Positions 19,487-29,462 of a stretch of DNA of 64,000 bases are shown here, piece by piece. The stretch lies in IMG/VR virus record IMGVR_UViG_3300049215_000529, positions 1 to 64,000 of that record. One strand, 5' to 3'. Below the pieces are notes generated by a model, which was given only the letters and a program-made list of their open reading frames with translations, was not told where the DNA came from and made no database searches. How positions within the stretch are numbered: the stretch's first letter is position 1; every line of letters begins with the position of its first letter. The position numbers and the translations under genes are program-made.

Positions 19487-20137
19487 TTAGTTACCTAACG
19501 TGGTCCTCTCTTTTACCGTGTCATTTAGTTGATCTTGTCTTTTATTGAACAAATCTAGTATCAATGGTGTCTTTTGTTCAATTTTCATCTGCAATTCGTT
19601 ACTTACTGAGTCTACCCAACTTGTAGCCAAGATATTGTTTTGAATATGTTTCTTAATTCTTTCATCAATAATCTCTTCAATATCTTCACATTCTGCTTGA
19701 ATACCCTCAATATTAGTGACTACTTTACTTGCAAAGTCTTTTGATTCTAAATCAGCAAATAAATCAGCAAATTCATTTACTTTAATCTCTAAATCATCAA
19801 TAGATGTAATAAATGATTTCATTAATTTAACAGTCTGCGTATCAGAAGCAAAATTTTGCATAATGTTAACACACTTAAATGCTACCTTTTTGAAATCATT
19901 GAAATTATCAATAGATTTGTCTCTAAATCTTCTGATAGCAGCTCTTGCTTTCATAATTTCTTCAGATGGAACATCTGGATTATTTTTGAAAGGAGTCTTC
20001 ATAATATTCAAATGTTCTGATGCCATTGTCAATAGTTTAAGTGCATGATTAAAATAGATCAAAGCCTTATCTGCCTCTGCTTTTTCAGCATCAGAGACGT
20101 CATAAGTCATTTGAACGCTATATGCCCTTTTAATCAT
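19487..20137 (-). CDS. Hypothetical helical protein
   Basis: 216 aa, begins MIKRAY, TAATG coupling. Confidence 0.55.
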   Translation of the reverse strand: MIKRAYSVQMTYDVSDAEKAEADKALIYFNHALKLLTMASEHLNIMKTPFKNNPDVPSEEIMKARAAIRRFRDKSIDNFNDFKKVAFKCVNIMQNFASDTQTVKLMKSFITSIDDLEIKVNEFADLFADLESKDFASKVVTNIEGIQAECEDIEEIIDERIKKHIQNNILATSWVDSVSNELQMKIEQKTPLILDLFNKRQDQLNDTVKERTTLGN

Positions 20138-20907
20138 TAGTGACCTATTTCTGAAAAGAATCCACCATAGTTTTCTGTTGGACCAAAACCTCTTTGACCC
20201 GCATCATTATCAAATTCTCCCACCATTGGGACAACATCTGTTTTCTCTTGATCATACGGCGTTATTGGTCTATCAGGATCGTAATTCTGACGAGTCGGAG
20301 ACTGATCATTAATATATGTATACAACGCATCTGCCGGATTTTGCTTAGTATGATCTAAATACGGCGCAAAAGAATCTTGACGACTCTCATCTAGATAAGT
20401 ATCTCGATTATCTCCAATATACTCTCGCTCATTAGAAACTATATCAGCTGCATTTTCATCTTTGGATGATTTGCAAGCCTTGATTATTTCTTCATACAAT
20501 CTGACTATATGAGGATCTACTCCAACACCAAAACCTAAAGCCTTGGCTTCTTCGATAGCTCTTTGTGGACTTTCTCCCATATATTTACATTTGAAAAGAG
20601 CCGTAACTAGACCCGTTCTATCTTTACCAAAATGACAATGTAAATAAGTTGGACCACCATCTATTAGAAGCTTTTTTAAATTATATTCGAATAGCCTGCG
20701 AAGTGAAGATGGTTTTTCATCAAGATACAATTTAATATGCTCGATACCTAATAATTTGCAGGTACGATCAATTCTATCACCGGCAGCTTTATCTAAGCTA
20801 ACAATTTTATTGATACCTAGTTGTTCTTTTAACTGCACAACATCTTGTGGGGATGGGGCACTGCCACGGTACAAACCCTTAGTAATTTCTCTGAGCCTTT
20901 GAATCAT
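20137..20907 (-). CDS. Cys-dependent tyrosine/dual-specificity phosphatase-family protein
   Basis: LYRGSAP N-terminus and intact HCHFGKDRTG (CX5R) loop. Confidence 0.85.
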   Translation of the reverse strand: MIQRLREITKGLYRGSAPSPQDVVQLKEQLGINKIVSLDKAAGDRIDRTCKLLGIEHIKLYLDEKPSSLRRLFEYNLKKLLIDGGPTYLHCHFGKDRTGLVTALFKCKYMGESPQRAIEEAKALGFGVGVDPHIVRLYEEIIKACKSSKDENAADIVSNEREYIGDNRDTYLDESRQDSFAPYLDHTKQNPADALYTYINDQSPTRQNYDPDRPITPYDQEKTDVVPMVGEFDNDAGQRGFGPTENYGGFFSEIGH

Positions 20908-21671
20908 TACAAATTCCTTACCAAGCTCTTGAGAACCTCTCTAACATAAGTTGGCTCGTGATTGAATAAAACGTGTTTTACGAAGGTAATAGACTGTCCA
21001 ATAGCCGAAGTAGGTGGCATGGTCTTTGCTGCAATTTCATCAGCATTAAAAGAGTAAAACTTTTGTCTCAATTTATCAATTGTAGCAACTCTTTTTTCTG
21101 GTTCTATTCTGTTCAAAGTAAATTTAACAATATCAGAAAGATATTTACCAACTATAGCTGGATCACCTAATTCACTAATAGCTGCATTCTTAATCAACTT
21201 CTTATCTACCTTGATCTTGAATCTTTTATTAAATTGAACTAAAGCATTTTGAAGAGCTACCTTTTCTGGCTTTTGCAGCTCATCTTTAACTGCATTATCA
21301 AAATGTTGTTTGTATATTTTTAAGAAAGCTCTAATCTGTTGTGGCTCAGCTTTTTGTCTCATTTCACGCATGATAGCGGAATAAGCTAACTCAGGAGCAC
21401 CGGTCAAATCAATTACCTTGTCTTCCGCTTTATTTTTGTCATGATGCTTGAACCACTCAACTTGACGCAATCTTTTGACAGCTTCGCCCTTTGTATCGGA
21501 AGTGCCAAGATTTTTGCCCTTTTCAGACAATACACGATACTTACCGCCTGGAAGCTTCCTAATACGGGCAAGCTTGACCAAGCCTTGTAGACAGGTTTTT
21601 TGATAACTGTCAGCTAGTTGTAAGATGTGTTGGGTATCGTGCATGGTACATTTATCTATTTCTGCGAACAA
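20907..21671 (-). CDS. Hypothetical head-module protein
   Basis: Small basic domain GKYRVLSEKGKNLGTSDTKGEAVKRLRQVEWFK; start may be ATG 21644. Confidence 0.55.
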   Translation of the reverse strand: MFAEIDKCTMHDTQHILQLADSYQKTCLQGLVKLARIRKLPGGKYRVLSEKGKNLGTSDTKGEAVKRLRQVEWFKHHDKNKAEDKVIDLTGAPELAYSAIMREMRQKAEPQQIRAFLKIYKQHFDNAVKDELQKPEKVALQNALVQFNKRFKIKVDKKLIKNAAISELGDPAIVGKYLSDIVKFTLNRIEPEKRVATIDKLRQKFYSFNADEIAAKTMPPTSAIGQSITFVKHVLFNHEPTYVREVLKSLVRNL

Positions 21672-22050
21672 AATTTTCTAAGATATCGAAAGACTCTTTG
21701 CTTCTCAAGAACATATCTTCGATGACTCCATTGCCATCGATTTCGTTTAGTCCTCTAATAGCTCTTTCACTAATGAAAACCAGATTTCCAGTTTCCATTT
21801 TTTTGGTAACGGAATTAATGTAAACTGAGTTTAAAACTAAACATTCGCGGTAAGCAGTAACTACCTTTCCACAAAAAACAGCAGGGTAAGCTGTCGAAAT
21901 TTGTTCAGTGCTCACTTCTTCATAAGAATCACCGAGATAAATTTCAATGTATTTACCTTTAAAAAGCTCGGCAATAAATTCAGCAAACGTATTCTTTCTG
22001 TCTTTATTACTCTCGCGCACTACATATTCAACGTCTTGTTCTGTTACCAT
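21652..22050 (-). CDS. Hypothetical protein
   Basis: 132-aa co-oriented ORF with AAGGA SD. Confidence 0.55.
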   Translation of the reverse strand: MVTEQDVEYVVRESNKDRKNTFAEFIAELFKGKYIEIYLGDSYEEVSTEQISTAYPAVFCGKVVTAYRECLVLNSVYINSVTKKMETGNLVFISERAIRGLNEIDGNGVIEDMFLRSKESFDILENFVRRNR

Positions 22051-22059
22051 TGCTTTTCC

Positions 22060-23157
22060 TTAAATAAATTTGAGCAGGAACTTCCTGTATTGTGTGCTAG
22101 CGGATTTTAGGTCCATTTGCTGATAAGATGACTTTTTATTGGTAATACAGTCGGCTTTTACCACGATGCCGCCAGCTTTAGCAGTGGCTAGCTGAAATGT
22201 TTCTGAAATAGCAGCAGTTAATTGTTTAACTGTTGCCGTGCATTCCTCTGCTGGACCTGCAATAGAACATTCGACCTCTACTTCATTACCGTCTGTATGA
22301 GTAAATGCAGTGGCTAACAACTCTTCATCAAGTGCTGCGCATAAAATACGAGCAAACTCTACCGTATTAGTATAGTCATCTGAGGACAAACGAATCACCA
22401 TATGATTGGTTGGTAATAGCTTGTTGTATAATTTCTTGCTATGTCTTTCAGAAGCCGAGACTTGTTGCAAGTATTTGTTTAAAATGCTATCTAAACCCGC
22501 AGATGGTTGAGTAGTTTTGGCTGGTGTAACAGTAGGTTTTTCGCCACCAAGTTGACTGTACACATCATCGCCTTTCTCTTTTATGCGAGCAATATATTTT
22601 CTTAAAAGCTCATCATGTTCCGATGGCGCAGATGCGCCTCCAACTGCACTATTATAAGCCTCATTGAACTCATTAGATTTCATATATTGCGTATACAGAT
22701 TAGACATTCCAGATGCATAATTTTTTTCGACAGTAGGATCATAGTACTGATGTTTTGGATTTGCGATCAAAGAGTGCGCATATTCCTTAGGATTTCCTCC
22801 ACTGGCTGCTTGAAATGATTGGGGGTATCCTTTGTACAACAATTTTAGATAATCCAAAGTTCCCTCATCCAATGAATTATATGCTCTAAATTTGGATAGG
22901 AATGGCTTGCCTCCAGAACTATCCATATTCTCAAAATAATCGAAATTATCAACATTTGGGATGTGAATGATGTTTCCTATGTTGTAATTAAACATAGCTT
23001 TACGGTTGCCAGTTTCAATAGAATTTTGAGCAACGAACATAGCCAATTGCTCCTTGGTAGGAGCTTTTCCAAGTAAAGACTGCCATGCTCGTGCAAATGA
23101 ATGAACAAGCTCCGGAATCGATACTGAGGTTTTAGTTCGTTCTACTTTTTTAGACAC
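22060..23157 (-). CDS. Glucosaminidase/FlgJ (GH73)-like peptidoglycan hydrolase with C-terminal extension
   Basis: AQNSIETG, NYNIGNI, FRAYNSLDEG..DY, YY..Y motifs. Confidence 0.65.
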   Translation of the reverse strand: MSKKVERTKTSVSIPELVHSFARAWQSLLGKAPTKEQLAMFVAQNSIETGNRKAMFNYNIGNIIHIPNVDNFDYFENMDSSGGKPFLSKFRAYNSLDEGTLDYLKLLYKGYPQSFQAASGGNPKEYAHSLIANPKHQYYDPTVEKNYASGMSNLYTQYMKSNEFNEAYNSAVGGASAPSEHDELLRKYIARIKEKGDDVYSQLGGEKPTVTPAKTTQPSAGLDSILNKYLQQVSASERHSKKLYNKLLPTNHMVIRLSSDDYTNTVEFARILCAALDEELLATAFTHTDGNEVEVECSIAGPAEECTATVKQLTAAISETFQLATAKAGGIVVKADCITNKKSSYQQMDLKSASTQYRKFLLKFI

Positions 23158-23159
23158 GA

Positions 23160-24449
23160 TTAACCTCTAATAGATTTTGAGATTTTGAACAGACTAATAG
23201 AAAGTTCTGGATCAACGCCCTGAATTTTGGCAGCATACTTATTAATGTAAGATGCCAATATACGAGGGTCTTCGCCAGCCAAAGCCTCTAAAGAAGCTAG
23301 GAATTGTTTGTGACTATGTTTGCCCCACATTTGTTTGGCTAACATGTCACTTGGGAATTCTGATTCTGGAGCCATAGATGGTGGTCCAGCTGGAATTGTG
23401 TTAGGTGCTGTTGCTGGAATTCCAGTTGGGGCAGCTGGAGCGCCAGGGATAGATGGCATTTTTTCTGGTGCCAAAGCGGTTGGAGAATGTGGAGCAACAG
23501 TCTCAGATGGACCCGCTGCTGGAGTTCCTGCAGGCAAAGATGGAACTGGCGTTGCAGGAGGGACAGTCATATCAGGTGGCGGAGATGGCGTAGTAACGCT
23601 AACTGGTGGCAATTCACTCTTAGTAGCCACTGGAATTTCTTCCTTACCCATCTGCTTTGCATCGGGTACATTCTCAATAGGACCTAATACTTCTGGTCTC
23701 TTCAAAAATCCTTCGATATTAGAGATGTAGTAGTCCTTAAAACTCTTATCATAAACTTGATAGCTCTTAGTAACTTTGTCAGCAGCCTTCATGTAGTTAT
23801 CTACATTACGAGTAGCACGGGCGCTTGCCATTTCTTTTAACGCTCCCAATAATTGACCTAAGATAGCCTCTGATCTTGTTAGTAAGCTTGCAGTATCTTT
23901 CTTTAGTTTATTGACTTGCTTAGGATATCTCTTCTCCCAAGCGGCAAGGGCTCTGCCTCTCTTGGTACCGATATTGTAAAAGAAGTCCATAATACTTGCT
24001 TCTTTAACTATAGTTTGACGATTAGCAGTTGCAAATCTGGTCTTCAAATCAGCTAATTGCTGTTTGTGTTCTTCGCTCAAATCTTTGAATAAAAATTCAT
24101 GATGTACTTTGTCTACATCGAATTCCAAAGCCTTCAAAGCCTGGGCTACATCAAATAATTTTTTATGAAATCTGCCAAGCTCAGCTACGGCAGTCATATA
24201 TTCACGTCTATTAAGATTGGATCTTGCAGACTTCAATAAGTCTTTTAGACTAACTGGATCGGGACCAGGATCTGCGCCTTCAATTTCTTTACCGGAGACT
24301 AAAGCCCTGATAGAATTGTCTTTTTCGCGCAAACTTTCCATCACCTGCTTAAATTCAGGGTTGAAAAACTTTTCGGCAGCAATACCGCTGACGTTGGTCA
24401 TTTCCCTTAATTTATTGAGAATGCTTCTTTTTTGAGCAGTTTTCTGCAT
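23160..24449 (-). CDS. Hypothetical head-module protein with Pro-rich linker
   Basis: Begins MQKTAQ; Pro/Ala-rich segment. Confidence 0.55.
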   Translation of the reverse strand: MQKTAQKRSILNKLREMTNVSGIAAEKFFNPEFKQVMESLREKDNSIRALVSGKEIEGADPGPDPVSLKDLLKSARSNLNRREYMTAVAELGRFHKKLFDVAQALKALEFDVDKVHHEFLFKDLSEEHKQQLADLKTRFATANRQTIVKEASIMDFFYNIGTKRGRALAAWEKRYPKQVNKLKKDTASLLTRSEAILGQLLGALKEMASARATRNVDNYMKAADKVTKSYQVYDKSFKDYYISNIEGFLKRPEVLGPIENVPDAKQMGKEEIPVATKSELPPVSVTTPSPPPDMTVPPATPVPSLPAGTPAAGPSETVAPHSPTALAPEKMPSIPGAPAAPTGIPATAPNTIPAGPPSMAPESEFPSDMLAKQMWGKHSHKQFLASLEALAGEDPRILASYINKYAAKIQGVDPELSISLFKISKSIRG

Positions 24450-24515
24450 GGTATACCCTTCACTATGTGGAATCAGTAAATAAATACAGGATTATACATA
24501 AGTGGCAGCCTCAAA

Positions 24516-26375
24516 TTAGGCTGGAGGTGGGACTGCTGGTGGAGGTCCGCCTGGAGGAGGTGCTGCCTCTCCGCCGCCTGGAGGAGGTGCTGGGGGAGGA
24601 GGTGCTCCGCCACCACCGCCTGGAGGTCCGCCTAAATCTAATCCTGGTAAGCCTGTTGGAGGAGGTGGTGGGGCTCCGCCGCCACCTGGAACTTCTCCTG
24701 GTACGCCACCTTCACCTGGTGGAGCTTGTCCTGGAATGCCGCCTTCTGGTTCTGGAATTTCATCTTCCTCATCCAAAGCTCTTAGAGAGGTCAAATCCAT
24801 AGCATCCAAAGCCACTTTTTCCTTGTTAGTGATAGCTTGTTGAATAGCTTCCTTGCGCATCTTCCTTACTTCATCTTCGAATTCTAGACCCATAGAGCGA
24901 TACAAGGTATGCAAAGATGCTCTCTTGGACTTTTCATCTCCTTGAGTTAGAGTAACCAAAGTGTTGATGTAGTCTCCTGCATCGAACAAGGACATATGAT
25001 TCCAGTCAATATCTGGAACGATTAATTGCTTTTCGCCACCAGAGTAGTCGTAGAATCCTTGAATCTTAGAGATTGGCGCAAAGACTTTTCTCTTTAGCCA
25101 TTGAGACATCATGTTACGGAATTGCATGTAACGTTGTCTCAAAACGTCTAGAGCAACACCGCCGTTTGCATAGGTAGTATCAGCTCCACCATCCATCAAT
25201 ACTGGTGGAACTTGTAAACCAACATAGATTTCCTTGATGATTTGAGTGATATCACCAGAAATATCGTAAATACCTTGACCGTAACCAACTCTTTCTACAG
25301 CTACACCCTCATGGGTGAAAATTTTGAAGTCCTTGTCATATTGAGCTTCTTCGAAAACATTTCTCCAAGCTTCAATGTCAGCAAAGGTTGGCTTATAGTT
25401 TTCTGATCCAATCTTAACCAAAGTCAATGGATTAATCATGTTGTCAGCTTGAGCATACTTGGATTCTCTAAGCTTGTCGAATAACATCAATTGGCGGAAA
25501 ATACAGACTGGAAGACCAGTTCCTCTGATTTCATATGGGCTAATTCTACGTGCCAAATGACTGACATGGAAATTATCTAGTGGAATGTTTTCGCCACGCT
25601 TAACCGAATCAATGATATGATTGTTAAGTTGTTTGCGTTGTTCAATATCAGTTGTGCGATTGGAGAAAATGATCTTCTTCAAATTTTCGTCGGGACGCAA
25701 CATGATGATTGGCTCATTGGCTACCACTGTGCGTTTTACAATCATATAGTCTGGGTTTTGAATAAGAACACGGCTCCACTTGCCACGGCTTTCATCTAGC
25801 TCAGCATAAACAAATGCTTCACCTAACAACCAATATTCCTGCGCAATTTGAACGCAAATGTTCATCAAGTCAATCTCTTCAATCATGTCATTGAAGAATT
25901 TCTCAATTTCTTTGTTAGGGCACTTTATGTTAAGCTTGCTGATTGGGTATGTGCTGTGAAGATTGATAGCGTTATGAACGAATGGATTCAAAGCATAAAA
26001 GCTACGGCACCAGGCGTTGATAGTAGCTCTATCACGAGGAAGATTGAGGTTGCTGTTAAGCCATAGTGGAGAATATACTTCTGGTGTTTGTTTGATAGAA
26101 TCGCCATGAATGCCACGGAACATGCCGCCGACACTGCTGACAGCTTGACCGTACTTTTTCATACCAACAGAAGCAGCAACTACTGAATTAGCAGTCTGAC
26201 CAAATTCTTTAACATTAGGTCCAGAACCATCTCTAAATAGACCTTGCTCTACTTCTTCAGATAATCCGTCTCTTCTAAATTGTGATACGCCTTGAGCCAT
26301 AAGGGCACTTACTTGCGGAACAGTCGATCTGTTTTCTAAATACTGTTCTGACTTGGACTTTTTTAAACCAGACAT
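24516..26375 (-). CDS. Portal protein with poly-Pro/Gly C-terminal tail
   Basis: Follows terminase; NPFVHNAINLH, YWLLGEAFVY, HLARRISPYEIRGT, GLQVPPVLM portal-like motifs. Confidence 0.8.
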   Translation of the reverse strand: MSGLKKSKSEQYLENRSTVPQVSALMAQGVSQFRRDGLSEEVEQGLFRDGSGPNVKEFGQTANSVVAASVGMKKYGQAVSSVGGMFRGIHGDSIKQTPEVYSPLWLNSNLNLPRDRATINAWCRSFYALNPFVHNAINLHSTYPISKLNIKCPNKEIEKFFNDMIEEIDLMNICVQIAQEYWLLGEAFVYAELDESRGKWSRVLIQNPDYMIVKRTVVANEPIIMLRPDENLKKIIFSNRTTDIEQRKQLNNHIIDSVKRGENIPLDNFHVSHLARRISPYEIRGTGLPVCIFRQLMLFDKLRESKYAQADNMINPLTLVKIGSENYKPTFADIEAWRNVFEEAQYDKDFKIFTHEGVAVERVGYGQGIYDISGDITQIIKEIYVGLQVPPVLMDGGADTTYANGGVALDVLRQRYMQFRNMMSQWLKRKVFAPISKIQGFYDYSGGEKQLIVPDIDWNHMSLFDAGDYINTLVTLTQGDEKSKRASLHTLYRSMGLEFEDEVRKMRKEAIQQAITNKEKVALDAMDLTSLRALDEEDEIPEPEGGIPGQAPPGEGGVPGEVPGGGGAPPPPPTGLPGLDLGGPPGGGGGAPPPPAPPPGGGEAAPPPGGPPPAVPPPA

Positions 26376-26433
26376 GGAACCTCATTTTCCACTATACCCT
26401 ATACTATACTCAACTAATAATATATCGAGTTAT

Positions 26434-28296
26434 TTAAAACTTACGAGGCATATACCCGCTAGCTACAAGTGGTTTTTTGATTTGTTGATAGTTTTGTTGC
26501 TGAAGAATTGGATTATTATTGCTAAATCCGTTTGTTATTAGGAATTTATAAGCAATGTATGCATTCAATAATGCCATAAAACCATCGTTTGGAGTACTTC
26601 CTTTAACATAATGAACACTTGGATCTCCGCCCCTTGAAATTGCTGGTTTAATCTCCATACTAGTACAATGCTCAATTAACCAAGCTACTTTTTCATAATC
26701 TCCAAATGGAAATCTAATCATTCCCTTTTTCATTTGTTCATATAATTCACCAATATAATAATCTCTTTCAAAAACTATTTCTTTTGGAAATGCCTCTTCA
26801 GTATACTTAACGTGACCATTAACTCTATTATGAGCGCGAGAAACTAGATAGCGGTCGCCATAGGTATTATGTAAAATTGCAGAAAAGTCATTAGAGTAAC
26901 CAATATCTCCTACTGCCAACTGAATGCTGTACTGCCTCATAATCTGATCGATGATTCCCTTTTTACTTTCCAAATCATTACGCCTAAACTTAGTTGCAAA
27001 CTCAATAGATAGTAGTCCAGGACCAGATACCTGCAAAACTACGGCAGTACTGTAAGATTGTCCTACAGCTTTAACTTTATCTGGATTAGCTAGTTGTTCC
27101 AAGTCGGAACGTGCGCCATAGTCTATTCCAACGACGATGATATTATCTTGAGACTTCTCAATGCGGGCGGAAAATTTTCTACCAACATCAGCACATTTAT
27201 CTCTAATTTCTTCTGGAGTAATAGGGCTAGAATCTCCCTGAAAGAACTCACCCAACACTTCGTTTTGAAATACGCGTTCAGTATTGATTGGATGAACGCC
27301 AGGCATTTCATTCAAGATATCTTCTTTACTGAACATAGGCATGTAAAGCTGGTTTATATGAAACCCAATCATTAAACAATCTTCATCGTCAGAATTCTTA
27401 AGAGCAACCCACTTACCGCGCTCGGCAGCTTCGCGCTTATCTTGTTCATGTCCACAGTGAGTGCATTTGACGACGAAGCCATGCAACCAAATTTTCTGCC
27501 AATCATCAGAGCCAGGAGTATAAAGTGGGAAATGCTCTTTACATTGCTCACAGCCTAAGTAATAATACTGTTGGGAAGATGTTTGCCACATCTTGTAGAA
27601 ATCGGAACCCTTACGACGTGGCGTTCCAAAATACACCTGCACACCCTTAGATGGCTTACCATACTTAGCAGTGGTAAGAACTTTGAGGGAGTTACCGATT
27701 GCCATTCCAGTAGTCTTCTGAACTTCGTCAAAGAAAATAACGTCAGCAGTACGACCCATGATGCGGTCGCCGTCAAGTCCAACCGATTCTACCCACAAAT
27801 GGTTGCCGCCAACAAATTGCTTGAAGTGCAAAGAGTCGCTAGTAGCCGTAGATTGATCTAGTAGAACCTGCATACAAGACTTGGCTTTACCAGTCTTCTT
27901 CTCTTGACCAACAGCAGGAACAGCAGTAACGATGATTTGATTAAGTTTAGTTTTAGAGTAAGCGGCAGCCAATTCTAATTGAGGAAAGGCATGGATAACT
28001 CTAATTGGAGGTTTCTCGCCAATACCAAAAATTCCTGAGCCCATGAAATACATTTCAAGGGCGCTTGCCATAGTAGTAGCTCCGACCTGACGACCTTTAA
28101 CCATGATAACTGGCTTGGCGTTAGGCTCTAAAGCTTTAATTCCAATGTAACGATAAATGTCGGCAAAAGGTCGATAGCCATTGCCCTCTAATCTAAATGG
28201 TTTACCATCTAATGTTAAATTGAGCTGGCAAAATGTTACTGGGTCAAGACTGAGAAGTTGTTTCTTAAGTTTTTCAAAAAGCTCTTTATCGTCCAT
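26434..28296 (-). CDS. Terminase large subunit (lambda GpA-like)
   Basis: KGRQVGATT Walker A, IFFDEVQ Walker B, GTP coupling motif, CxxC Zn ribbon, VGIDYG nuclease. Confidence 0.9.
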   Translation of the reverse strand: MDDKELFEKLKKQLLSLDPVTFCQLNLTLDGKPFRLEGNGYRPFADIYRYIGIKALEPNAKPVIMVKGRQVGATTMASALEMYFMGSGIFGIGEKPPIRVIHAFPQLELAAAYSKTKLNQIIVTAVPAVGQEKKTGKAKSCMQVLLDQSTATSDSLHFKQFVGGNHLWVESVGLDGDRIMGRTADVIFFDEVQKTTGMAIGNSLKVLTTAKYGKPSKGVQVYFGTPRRKGSDFYKMWQTSSQQYYYLGCEQCKEHFPLYTPGSDDWQKIWLHGFVVKCTHCGHEQDKREAAERGKWVALKNSDDEDCLMIGFHINQLYMPMFSKEDILNEMPGVHPINTERVFQNEVLGEFFQGDSSPITPEEIRDKCADVGRKFSARIEKSQDNIIVVGIDYGARSDLEQLANPDKVKAVGQSYSTAVVLQVSGPGLLSIEFATKFRRNDLESKKGIIDQIMRQYSIQLAVGDIGYSNDFSAILHNTYGDRYLVSRAHNRVNGHVKYTEEAFPKEIVFERDYYIGELYEQMKKGMIRFPFGDYEKVAWLIEHCTSMEIKPAISRGGDPSVHYVKGSTPNDGFMALLNAYIAYKFLITNGFSNNNPILQQQNYQQIKKPLVASGYMPRKF

Positions 28297-28324
28297 GGCA
28301 ATATTTCAGAATATTGCCATGGAC
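28291..28324. repeat. Perfect 15-bp inverted repeat containing both divergent start codons
   Basis: GTCCATGGCAATATT-TCAG-AATATTGCCATGGAC. Confidence 0.95.
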
Positions 28325-28852
28325 AAGAAAAAACGTGGACCTTACACCTATGAAGGAAAAGACTGTATACATTGTCTTAGACCTTTAACAAAAGATAACA
28401 CCAGACCAAGTGATATACAACAGGCTAATTATTTATGTATTAGCTGCACTAAAGCTAAAGGTAAACGCAGATATTTTGAAAGAAAAGAGTTAATTAGAGA
28501 GCAGCAAAGAGAATACGATCTTGAAAATAAAAGAAAGGTCATAGAAGCTTATGGTAGCATGTGCACTTGTTGTGGCGAAACTATTTTAGAATTTTTAACA
28601 ATTGATCACACTCATAATGATGGGGCGGAAGATAGAAAAAAGAATGGAAAGAAAACGGGCGGCAAACTTTATCGTTGGCTAATTCAAAATAATTTTCCTA
28701 AAGATAAATACCAATTGCTTTGTTTTAATTGCAATTGTGCAAAAGGTTTCTTTGGATATTGTCCACATAAGAAGCCAGAAGTTATTATTAGAGTAACTAG
28801 GAAGAAGATTAATCCTTCACTGGGGTCAGAGCGTGAAACGCATCAGTATTAG
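28319..28852 (+). CDS. HNH-family endonuclease inserted on the opposite strand
   Basis: CTCCGE, LTIDHTHNDG, LLCFNCN; N-terminal CxxC pairs; likely start ATG 28319 (track 28181). Confidence 0.8.
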   Translation: MDKKKRGPYTYEGKDCIHCLRPLTKDNTRPSDIQQANYLCISCTKAKGKRRYFERKELIREQQREYDLENKRKVIEAYGSMCTCCGETILEFLTIDHTHNDGAEDRKKNGKKTGGKLYRWLIQNNFPKDKYQLLCFNCNCAKGFFGYCPHKKPEVIIRVTRKKINPSLGSERETHQY

Positions 28853-29462
28853 ATGGGTCAATCTCTGTATCAGATCCAGTATCACGAGAGCCTAAGTTAC
28901 TGTAGCTTTCATAACTTGCTGGGTTGTTCTTCTTAGCCTCTAAATTCATCTTACTAACCAATCTAATTAAATTATCGTCGTCCCAATCCTTGGCATCAGA
29001 GACGTCAGATTTGTGAATGGATCTGATTTTCTCAATGATTGCTGGAACTGGTAAATTGCCCTTGCTGTCTCTAATATAGTTCTCTAAAGTTTTGTGAATC
29101 TGTGGCATCTTCTTGAGAACGATTGGAATCATGTCAACTTTCTTTTCCATAGCATCATTTTGATCCGATGCTACTTTAGTTTTGACAGATACATTCTCAT
29201 CAGCAGATTGCTTGATTTTGTCTAGATAAGCAGACAATCCACTTCTTTCCTTCATATCTTCTACTGCTGCCTCTACAGAAGGATACTTTGATTTTCCATT
29301 CATGATGGAATTAATTTGATCAAACAAAGAGTTCTCAATAGTGCGAGGTTGTACAGCACCCTTCTCCAACTTTCTTTGAAATTGGCGAAGCCAGTGATCC
29401 TCATCAATGCTGGAATCAGCCTCTCTCGAAACTACTGGTTGGTGTCTGGTATACTTGGACAT
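28809..29462 (-). CDS. Hypothetical head-module protein
   Basis: Likely start 29462 coupled to the upstream stop (track 29480); TKVASD motif. Confidence 0.55.
   Translation of the reverse strand: MSKYTRHQPVVSREADSSIDEDHWLRQFQRKLEKGAVQPRTIENSLFDQINSIMNGKSKYPSVEAAVEDMKERSGLSAYLDKIKQSADENVSVKTKVASDQNDAMEKKVDMIPIVLKKMPQIHKTLENYIRDSKGNLPVPAIIEKIRSIHKSDVSDAKDWDDDNLIRLVSKMNLEAKKNNPASYESYSNLGSRDTGSDTEIDPSNTDAFHALTPVKD

Noticed and set aside
24467-24802. 111-aa plus-strand ORF with LEEV repeats
   Set aside because: Antisense read of the portal Pro/Gly tail.
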